From contig CAZFPJ010000002.1 of assembly GCA_964521095.1 (NCBI GenBank), positions 85,108-149,107 on the forward strand: DNA of 64,000 nucleotides. Direction: 5' to 3'. Below the pieces are notes generated by a model. That model saw only the letters and a list, made by a program, of their open reading frames with translations. It did no database searches and was not told where the DNA came from. Each line of letters begins with the position of its first letter. The first letter of the stretch is position 1. Of the stretch, positions 1 to 6,470 are shown one piece after another. The DNA is from an uncultured Candidatus Saccharibacteria bacterium (GTDB lineage: Bacteria > Patescibacteriota > Saccharimonadia > Saccharimonadales > 2-12-FULL-41-12). Both the position numbers and the translations under genes were made by a program.

Positions 1-26
1 TTGTAAACCAGAAGATTGAATCATGG

Positions 27-1973
27 ATGGTTTCTAATGGACGCAAACGACTAAAGACAGACTTTCCTACCTTTATTAAGCGTCATCGACGACAGGCTGT
101 AACTTCTATGTTGGTTGTCGCTTGGTTTGGCATCATGGCTTCATTGGTTACCTTATTAAAGCCATGGCCTACCAAGATTATGGTTGACTCGGCATTTGGC
201 AAAGTGCCGGCGCCAGGGCCTTTGGCAGAATTTTCTCAGACCCCAAAGCTTATCCTGATAACTTCTATCATGACCTTATTCATTTTTGCTGTCAGTACAG
301 CACTTAACATCCTCAGAGACTACCTGTTGATGAAGTTTAGCTACAGAATTAATACAAATTTCAAGCGAGAATCCTTTCGACACATCTTGCATATCCCGGT
401 TGGCAAAGGGCTGTTAAGTAAGGGTGATTACATCTATCGCCAAAACAATCTAACAAATAGCCTTGCAGACTATGTTTTGGGCTCTATATCTACCATAGTT
501 CAGTCAGTTGTTATGATAATCGCCATTGTAGCACTAATGATTTTTTTGAATTTCCAGCTGGCGTTGGTCTGTATTGTACTGATTCCAGTCTTGTATCTTT
601 TAACGAAATTTTTTGTGCCAAGGGTTGGGGGCTATGCCAAACAGCTTACAAAAAACAACAGCAATGCATCTTCTGTTATTACCGAATCCGTAGACAACGC
701 CGAGACAGTCCAGGCATATGAGATGGCCGACACTCAGGTCCGCAAGGTGCAAGATCTTTGGTCCGAAAATTATCGATTAATGTCCAGAGGGATGTTATTT
801 GGCCGATCTTACAAGATGAGCAATAGCTTTTTTGTCATTATTGCTACGGCTGTAGTTATGTATTTTGGTGGAGTTCAGGCATTAAATAACAAATTAACTT
901 TGGGTGAAGTTTTGATATTCATGACCTATTTGAGCTACTTGATGGCGCCTATTCAGAATCTGGCTAATCAGCTTAGTATTAGGAGCCAGAAAAAGATTGA
1001 TGTTATGCGAGCGCATGAAGTTTTGTCAGAGCAAGAAGGGGTCGAGAACACCTGGACAGAGAGGCATTTTCCAATCAGCCAGGGTCGGATTGCCTTTCAG
1101 GGCGTCAGTTATTCGTACAAAAATTTCCCAGTTTTGAAGAATCTAAATTTTGTTATAGAACCCAGACAAAAGATAGGCATTATTGGGGCTAGCGGTTCCG
1201 GCAAAAGTACATTCCTTAAGTTGCTGGCATTGTTTGCCGAGCCAACTCACGGCAAGATTACTATAGACGACATAGACATTCAGACTACATCTTTGTTAGA
1301 GCTTAGAAGGCAAGTTGCCTATGTAGGGCAAACTCCTCAATTATTTAATATTTCGATACTCGAAAATATTGCAGATGGTAGCTTGAGTCGCCAAATATCA
1401 CCGCAGGCGTTAGATAAGATTACCAAGGATACGGGAGTCTATGAGTTTACCCGCAAAATGCCAGAAGGGCTCAATACTCGTGCTGGTGAAAACGGCAGTC
1501 GCTTGAGTGGTGGTCAAAGACAGCGAATCGCTTTGGCTCGCGGTCTTGCCAAACAAGCTCCAATTTTGTGCCTAGACGAACCAACCTCAGCCCTAGACAG
1601 TGATAGCGAGAATTATGTAAAAGATCATCTGATCGACCACATAGCTAATAGGACAGTAGTGTTAGTGTCTCACCGTAAAGCTCTGCTGACCTTGATGGAC
1701 AAAGTCTATGTGCTAAAAGACGGTGGCTTACGGGATGTTAATGAATTTGGTGGGCTAGACAAATATTTGGCTAGCGTTAATGATGTCGATGCTCAGATAA
1801 CCGTAGAACAAGCTCGTGCCGAGGAAGCAAAGGTAGAAGAAAAAATTCAACAAGAAGAACAGCAAATTCGTCAACAAGAAAAAGATATTGACAGAAAGTA
1901 TGAACAGACGCCATTGAGTTCTGTAACTACAAACGACATGGCAGATGATGTGACTATTAGTATTAGTCACTAA
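27..1973 (+). CDS. ABC exporter, fused permease/ATPase (ABCB/MsbA type) with charged C-terminal tail
   Basis: 648-aa ORF. N-terminal multi-helix membrane domain, then an ATPase domain with Walker [10 protein letters not shown], signature LSGGQRQR and Walker B ILCLDEPTSALD. The last ~70 aa are E/K/Q-rich. Confidence 0.9.
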   Translation: MVSNGRKRLKTDFPTFIKRHRRQAVTSMLVVAWFGIMASLVTLLKPWPTKIMVDSAFGKVPAPGPLAEFSQTPKLILITSIMTLFIFAVSTALNILRDYLLMKFSYRINTNFKRESFRHILHIPVGKGLLSKGDYIYRQNNLTNSLADYVLGSISTIVQSVVMIIAIVALMIFLNFQLALVCIVLIPVLYLLTKFFVPRVGGYAKQLTKNNSNASSVITESVDNAETVQAYEMADTQVRKVQDLWSENYRLMSRGMLFGRSYKMSNSFFVIIATAVVMYFGGVQALNNKLTLGEVLIFMTYLSYLMAPIQNLANQLSIRSQKKIDVMRAHEVLSEQEGVENTWTERHFPISQGRIAFQGVSYSYKNFPVLKNLNFVIEPRQKIGIIGASGSGKSTFLKLLALFAEPTHGKITIDDIDIQTTSLLELRRQVAYVGQTPQLFNISILENIADGSLSRQISPQALDKITKDTGVYEFTRKMPEGLNTRAGENGSRLSGGQRQRIALARGLAKQAPILCLDEPTSALDSDSENYVKDHLIDHIANRTVVLVSHRKALLTLMDKVYVLKDGGLRDVNEFGGLDKYLASVNDVDAQITVEQARAEEAKVEEKIQQEEQQIRQQEKDIDRKYEQTPLSSVTTNDMADDVTISISH

Positions 1974-1996
1974 GTGCCTTGAGTTGTTTTTGGATA

Positions 1997-2437
1997 CTAC
2001 AGGTCGGGGCCCATCATGCCAAACGAACCATCTGCAGACATCTGCTCGCCGTCACTATCTCCACCCGTTAGGCTATCTATGTCGGTTGAGTCTGGCGCGT
2101 CATCTCCGCTTGCGTCTACGATTGCATCTGTGGCTGGCGTATCATCAGCTGGTTGAGAAGCTGGATCACTCGTATCGTTAGATAAATCCCCAGATACTAT
2201 ATTGTCAGAGCTTGAGCTACCCGAGGAACTGCTATCTGTTGTCATCGGTGCCCCTGTTTCGTCTACTTGTGTCAGAGGTTGCTGTTCGACAACTTCAACT
2301 TCAGCCATGGTGTCTGCCATCTGAATATTTTCGGCCATTGGTGTAGCTTGCACTTGATCTGCCTGAGTGTAGTCGGCGGCAAAATTGTTGTTACTTTGGT
2401 TGTTCTGCGATATGTCTTGGCTGTTTTGATTGTCCAT
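1997..2437 (-). CDS. hypothetical hyper-acidic Asp/Ser-rich protein (paralog A)
   Basis: 146-aa ORF with no TM segment or signal peptide. It shares an N-terminal ~47-aa block (NFxADYTQADQVQATPMAENIQMADTMAEVEVVEQQ..QVDETGAP) and a C-terminal DGE..SGSFG motif with the adjacent ORF. Confidence 0.6.
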   Translation of the reverse strand: MDNQNSQDISQNNQSNNNFAADYTQADQVQATPMAENIQMADTMAEVEVVEQQPLTQVDETGAPMTTDSSSSGSSSSDNIVSGDLSNDTSDPASQPADDTPATDAIVDASGDDAPDSTDIDSLTGGDSDGEQMSADGSFGMMGPDL

Positions 2438-2448
2438 AATGTTTTCTC

Positions 2449-2874
2449 TTAGTTAAGGCCAAATGAGCCACTTGGGTCAGTCGGCTCGCCATCATTATCT
2501 GAGCCTATTAGGCCATCTATGTCGCTATTGTCCGCCATGCCGTCATCGCTAGTCGAGCTAGTCTCGGCTTGTACAGTAGACGCTGTATCTTCTGGCGCTA
2601 CTGAGGGACTTTCTGCTGTCTCGGTGCTTGTAGGCTCATTACTACTTTCGACCTCCGTGCTAACGGGCGCTTCTTGTGTTGTTGGTTCTGGTGCCCCTGT
2701 TTCGTCTACTTGTGCCAGAGTTTGCTGTTCAACAACTTCAACCTCAGCCATAGTGTCTGCCATCTGAATATTCTCGGCCATCGGTGTAGCTTGCACTTGA
2801 TCTGCCTGAGTGTAGTCGGCAGAGAAGTTATCGTTTGAGTTTTGTGTTTGTTGCGGAGTCGAGTTGTCGTCCAT
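2449..2874 (-). CDS. hypothetical hyper-acidic protein (paralog B)
   Basis: 141-aa ORF in tandem with paralog A. A sigma70-like promoter and an AAAGGA ribosome-binding site lie upstream. The core at 2690-2830 is ~95% identical in DNA to 2248-2388. Confidence 0.6.
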   Translation of the reverse strand: MDDNSTPQQTQNSNDNFSADYTQADQVQATPMAENIQMADTMAEVEVVEQQTLAQVDETGAPEPTTQEAPVSTEVESSNEPTSTETAESPSVAPEDTASTVQAETSSTSDDGMADNSDIDGLIGSDNDGEPTDPSGSFGLN

Positions 2875-2909
2875 ATAAATCCTTTTTGTATTGATTGATG
2901 GCTAACTAT

Positions 2910-2938
2910 AATTATGTATCAATATCAATATTTGTCAA
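2910..2938 (-). promoter_or_regulatory. candidate sigma70-type promoter for the acidic-protein gene pair
   Basis: Minus strand: TTGACA (2938-2933), 17-nt spacer, ATAATT (2915-2910), ~35 nt upstream of the ATG at 2874. Confidence 0.35.
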
Positions 2939-2973
2939 AATAAATACCTCTTTTTAAGGACAGATATTTATTT

Positions 2974-2994
2974 TGGTAGCGGGGGCAGGACTCG
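2974..2994 (-). repeat. 21-nt exact copy of the tRNA-Met 3' end (third copy)
   Basis: TGGTAGCGGGGGCAGGACTCG is identical to 3343-3363. In tRNA sense it is CGAGTCCTGCCCCCGCTACCA. Confidence 0.9.
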
Positions 2995-3161
2995 GTCACC
3001 TCCGGCGACCCCGTCGCAACATCTTTCAAAACAAGTTTTGAAGAGTTGACTCACTTGCGAACTGCCACCGGCAGTTCGCACCTCCGACCTTCTTAGCGTC
3101 GCAGGATGAATTAAACTCAGCACCAAGTAAAAGACCCCATCTTTCGATGAGGTCCGTTACT
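2995..3161 (-). mobile_element. candidate non-coding module, family 2, bounded by tRNA-Met 3'-end copies (miniature integrative element and/or structured RNA)
   Basis: Homologous to 56057-56215 next to tRNA-Arg. Shared hairpins: GCGAACTGCC/GGCAGTTCGC at 3057-3079, TTCAAAA-CAAG-TTTTGAA at 3025-3042, and GCGAC-CCC-GTCGC at 3005-3017. No credible ORF. Confidence 0.5.
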
Positions 3162-3179
3162 TGGTAGCGGGGGCAGGAC
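3162..3179 (-). repeat. 18-nt exact copy of the tRNA-Met 3' end (second copy)
   Basis: TGGTAGCGGGGGCAGGAC is identical to 3343-3360. In tRNA sense it is followed by a hairpin plus T-run (3154->3129) homologous to the tRNA's own terminator. Confidence 0.9.
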
Positions 3180-3342
3180 AGCGGGCTTCGCCCTTTTTCG
3201 CTTGTTCGCCAGAAAAATACCTCGTGCTTTCCTGGCTTCTCTGCGCTACACCGAACCTGTGGTTCGCTTGCGCTCACGCATCAGGTTCTCGTTCTAGCTC
3301 CGACAAAGAAAAAAGACCCATCCAAAGATGAGTCATTTTTCT
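3180..3342 (-). mobile_element. candidate non-coding module, family 1 (includes the tRNA-Met terminator hairpin at 3309-3334)
   Basis: Roughly 65-70% identical by eye over ~110 nt to the module downstream of tRNA-Lys(UUU), 31670-31797. Shared blocks: CGAGAACC, GGTTCGG, GCAGAGAA, GAAAGCAC, GGTATTTT. A 9-bp stem (3228-3236 / 3208-3216) covaries with its counterpart. Confidence 0.5.
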
Positions 3343-3417
3343 TGGTAGCGGGGGCAGGACTCGAACCTGCGACCTTGTGGTTATGAGCCACACGAGCTGC
3401 CGCTGCTCTACCCCGCA
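3343..3417 (-). tRNA. tRNA-Met (anticodon CAU), initiator-like
   Basis: 75-nt cloverleaf folded by hand: anticodon loop CTCATAA, T-arm GCAGG-TTCGAGT-CCTGC, encoded CCA. It has a 1:72 U-U mismatch and two G-C pairs next to the anticodon loop, resembling fMet tRNA. Confidence 0.85.
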
Positions 3418-3469
3418 ATAACTTAAGTGAGATTAAATTGTAACAAACAGAGGTGAGATTGTCAATTAC

Positions 3470-3865
3470 CTAAGAGTCTTTATAGTGTTCTTGGTATCCA
3501 CCCGGTGGTTCGTCTGCCAGTAGTTTGCCTCTGCCACTAAGGCGTCGTCTATCGGGCTTTTTTCTTGGTTTACGATTTTCTGAGTAGTTAGGTTGGGGAG
3601 GGAATACTTCGTAAACCAAGTGCTCGCCATCGGGGCCAATTAAGTCGCTTTCTTCTGTCCAGGAGATTGGTTCATCAGATATCTCTAGGGCAGAGGCTCC
3701 TATCTGCTTGCGTATTTGGCTAGGACTAAGCCTTCCTTGTGCGTCAAGTCTATCGTATTCGGCAGATTGTTCTGGCGTCAGGTCATCTATATTTGCAGGA
3801 TGCACTACTCCATCGGGATTAAATAGTGGCTCTTGTTCTGGATGTAGATTTGAGGACTTGCTCAT
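3470..3865 (-). CDS. hypothetical protein
   Basis: 131-aa ORF with no recognisable motifs. The promoter TTTACT-17-TATACT ends 6 nt before the ATG, so the mRNA may be leaderless. Confidence 0.55.
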   Translation of the reverse strand: MSKSSNLHPEQEPLFNPDGVVHPANIDDLTPEQSAEYDRLDAQGRLSPSQIRKQIGASALEISDEPISWTEESDLIGPDGEHLVYEVFPPQPNYSENRKPRKKPDRRRLSGRGKLLADEPPGGYQEHYKDS

Positions 3866-4141
3866 ACTTGTAGTATACCACGAATAAGCATAAAAGTAAA
3901 GAGATGGCTTGACATTATTGTAATGGTTATGTATAATTGATAAGCGTTAATTACAAAAAAATAAAAAAATAACAAAACTAAAAAGGAGCGCGTTAAAAGT
4001 GCTAAGTTACGAGCTATTGCCAACAGTCGACGAGAGTATATTGAAGGTCGACGAACTACTTGCTGGACTATAAGTTTATTTAGGTCCAAGACAGTCCTGC
4101 CGGAGCGCTCATAATAATGGGCGCTGAGTTAATTCTATAAC

Positions 4142-4169
4142 TAAAAAAGACTGCCATTTTATGCAGTCT
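4142..4169 (-). terminator. intrinsic terminator after the tRNA (CAU) gene
   Basis: Minus strand: stem AGACTGC/GCAGTCT with an 8-nt loop, followed by TTTTTT. Confidence 0.7.
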
Positions 4170-4181
4170 GATTATTCATAT

Positions 4182-4258
4182 TGGTAGCGGCGAGTGGGCT
4201 TGAACCACTGACCTCAGGCTTATGAGTCCTGCGCTCTAACCAGCTGAGCTACGCCGCC
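4182..4258 (-). tRNA. tRNA with CAU anticodon, Ile2 (lysidine)-like or elongator Met
   Basis: 77-nt cloverleaf with encoded CCA. The body (GAGCGCAGGACTCATAAGCCTGAGGTCAGTGGTTCAAGCCCACTC) resembles E. coli tRNA-Ile2 more than elongator Met. tilS is present at 15049. Confidence 0.8.
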
Positions 4259-4387
4259 TTGTTTTTTGTTGATTGTCCGCTTTGTCTACAGAATTTGGAA
4301 TTATGTAGTGTGCTAGCAAAATATGATAACACATAGGACGCTTAACAGAGATAAATATAGCACAAACCGGCGTTAGTTACCAGGCTA

Positions 4388-5680
4388 TTAGCCTCGTTGC
4401 AGGGCATCGATAGGGTCTATGCGTGAGGCGCGTCGAGCAGGGAAGAAAGATACTGCTATGCCAACGGCAATCATGAATAAGATCATGCTACCGATGAGCC
4501 AAGCTGGGGTCGAGAATAAGTCGAAAGATTGAGTAACCCCCCTACTCCGGGCAGATTGATTCATCAGTAGGTTTAGTATGTTGCCATTAATGATGGCCAA
4601 GATTATCCCAACTACTGCGCCGGCTATAGACAGCAAGATTGCCTCTAAGATGAAGAGCTTCCTTATGTCGCGGTTTCTGCCCCCGAGAGCCATCATCAGG
4701 CCGATTTCTTTTGTGCGCTCTAACAGAGATATGGTTAGCGTGTTAAACATGCCCAAAACTGAGACTACCATGCCAATGCTACCAAATCCGACTAATATGA
4801 TGGTAAAGATTTTGAAAATCTGGTTAATCTGGGCCAGCGTGTCTATGGGGGAGTCTGTCTGGTAGCCTAGGCTCTCTACTTGTTTACGAATACTCTGTAC
4901 ATTGGTTGTGTCATCGGCAACCACTTTGATTTGAGAGTAGTATTTGACGCCAGCTACTTGCAATAGTCCGGCGGGCATAAAAATCTCGCCACCACTTCCG
5001 GAGTCTATTACCCCAACGATAGTAAGTTCTTTTTTGAGACTATCTTGCCCGCTAGGTAGGCCTTTGAGTGGTATTTTTACCGTAATTTTTTTGTCGATTG
5101 CTTTATTAGCGTCGTTGATACCTATAGAACTCAATAAGGATTTGTTAACCACAATTACATCGGAGTCTTGGTTGGTCAGTAATCGCCCAGATGACAGCAG
5201 AAGGTTGCTAAGGTCTTGATAGTTTTTGTCTACAGCGTAGACGACAGTGTCGGACTCGCTATTTTGGTAGCTGATACTACCCGGATAAGAATAGGATTTG
5301 CCCACTCGTTCTACATGGGCTAGGCCATTTAGCTTATTGGCTAGGCTTTCGTCCAGGTTTAGGATACGGGAATTAGGAGTTCTGATATCGATTGATTTTA
5401 TAGAGCGGTCTCCGATAACTTGCCTGGTAACTAAGTCGCGCAGGCCAAGCCCAAACGAAAATAAGAAAAAGATGGCTCCGATGCCAATAATGATGCCAAA
5501 GAGCGTTAAGAATGTCCGGAGTTTTTTGTTTACAAGATTACGCCAGGCAATGTCTAGGAGTATAAAAAACGAAATTGATTTGTGGTTTTTGTTAAGTCCA
5601 AAAATTTTAACAAAAAAAGGCAACAGAACTTCCTTCGTTTTGTGAGTATATTTTTTGATAGGATTAATAATATTATTCAT
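4388..5680 (-). CDS. ABC transporter permease, MacB/FtsX family
   Basis: 430 aa: N-terminal TM, ~230-aa extracytoplasmic domain, C-terminal 3-TM FtsX-type domain. It overlaps the upstream ATPase gene by 4 nt. Confidence 0.85.
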   Translation of the reverse strand: MNNIINPIKKYTHKTKEVLLPFFVKIFGLNKNHKSISFFILLDIAWRNLVNKKLRTFLTLFGIIIGIGAIFFLFSFGLGLRDLVTRQVIGDRSIKSIDIRTPNSRILNLDESLANKLNGLAHVERVGKSYSYPGSISYQNSESDTVVYAVDKNYQDLSNLLLSSGRLLTNQDSDVIVVNKSLLSSIGINDANKAIDKKITVKIPLKGLPSGQDSLKKELTIVGVIDSGSGGEIFMPAGLLQVAGVKYYSQIKVVADDTTNVQSIRKQVESLGYQTDSPIDTLAQINQIFKIFTIILVGFGSIGMVVSVLGMFNTLTISLLERTKEIGLMMALGGRNRDIRKLFILEAILLSIAGAVVGIILAIINGNILNLLMNQSARSRGVTQSFDLFSTPAWLIGSMILFMIAVGIAVSFFPARRASRIDPIDALQRG

Positions 5681-6468
5681 GGCTTGGCTTTCCTGGGGTG
5701 TTTTGAGGTAGAGAATTCGTTTAACCTGGTCTTCATGCTGTCCATCAGTGAGTTTGTGATTTGGGTTATGCTCTCATCTTTGGATGATTCTACGGTGCCA
5801 TCTTGCACGTGCAGTAGATTATCTGCCAGGGGCAAGTACTCCATGTTGTGAGTGACCAGGATGATTGTGCGCAGGGAGTCGCTGTGAGCCTTGCGCAAGA
5901 GATCCATGACTTTATCGCCATTGGTTGTATCCAGACTTCCGGTGGGTTCGTCGGCAATTATAAACAAGGGGTCATTGACTAGTGCTCTAGCAACGGCAAC
6001 TCTTTGTTGCTCGCCTCCAGACATTAGTGTTGGGTATTTTTTGGCGTAACTCTGCATGTCGATTCTTTCTAGCGATATCATGGCCATGTCTTTGGCAAGC
6101 GATTTGTTATAGCCCAAAAAGTATAGGGGCAGAGCAACATTTTCTAAGACATTAAGGCTAGAAACCCAAAAGTTTTGCTGGTAGATTATGCCGATTCGAC
6201 TGGCTCTAAACCGAGCGAGGTCATCTGCTTTTAGTTTGTAGATATCTTGGTCTTTGAAGGTTATGTTGCCTTGCGTAGGCTTTTGAAGTCCGGTGATAAT
6301 GTTTAGAATTGTTGACTTACCAGAACCGCTGGCACCGTAAATAACATTAAACGAGTTATGAGCCATCTCGAAACTAACATTTTTTAGAACATCTATAGTT
6401 TCTTCACCAACCTTAAAACTTTGGCTAATATTGCTGGCTTGTATTAGTGCCTCACCCTGCTTTTGCAT
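5677..6468 (-). CDS. ABC transporter ATP-binding protein (MacB/LolD-like)
   Basis: Walker [10 protein letters not shown], signature [15 protein letters not shown], Walker [12 protein letters not shown]. It starts 2 nt after the stop of the giant gene. Confidence 0.9.
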   Translation of the reverse strand: MQKQGEALIQASNISQSFKVGEETIDVLKNVSFEMAHNSFNVIYGASGSGKSTILNIITGLQKPTQGNITFKDQDIYKLKADDLARFRASRIGIIYQQNFWVSSLNVLENVALPLYFLGYNKSLAKDMAMISLERIDMQSYAKKYPTLMSGGEQQRVAVARALVNDPLFIIADEPTGSLDTTNGDKVMDLLRKAHSDSLRTIILVTHNMEYLPLADNLLHVQDGTVESSKDESITQITNSLMDSMKTRLNEFSTSKHPRKAKP

Positions 6469-6470
6469 GC

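Noticed and set aside
1984-2767. Plus-strand ORFs (1984-2181, 2267-2452, 2519-2767) opposite the acidic paralogs
   Set aside because: They are shorter, Cys/Leu/Arg/Val-rich mirror frames. The minus-strand frames are longer and paralogous, and they have a promoter and a ribosome-binding site.
3026-3277. 83-aa ORF spanning both modules behind tRNA-Met, and similar ORFs at 31631-31881, 56215-56571, 61295-61707 and 61530-61817
   Set aside because: They run through tRNA genes, terminator hairpins and repeat copies. Translations such as ..EGLEPSTP.. and ..GFEPPT.. are typical of translated tRNA sequence. None has a ribosome-binding site.
2974-3342. Modules interpreted as tRNA pseudogenes, tmRNA or split/permuted tRNA halves
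   Set aside because: Only the last 18-22 nt match the tRNA. No 5' acceptor strand, D-arm or anticodon arm can be found in the inserts, and there is no tag-peptide frame or tmRNA pseudoknot pattern.
4027-4053. GTCGAC...GTCGAC repeat and a 25-aa GTG ORF (3999-4076) in the tRNA-flanking intergenic region
   Set aside because: The two 6-mers are self-palindromic restriction-type sites without an extended stem. The ORF is tiny and its Shine-Dalgarno spacing is poor. The evidence is insufficient.
3862-4089. 75-aa ORF whose stop forms an ATGA overlap with the start of gene 3470-3865
   Set aside because: It lies in an A/T-rich stretch that contains a well-placed promoter for the downstream gene. Its hydrophobic F/L/I-rich composition follows from the T-rich DNA. 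It is probably spurious, though not excluded.
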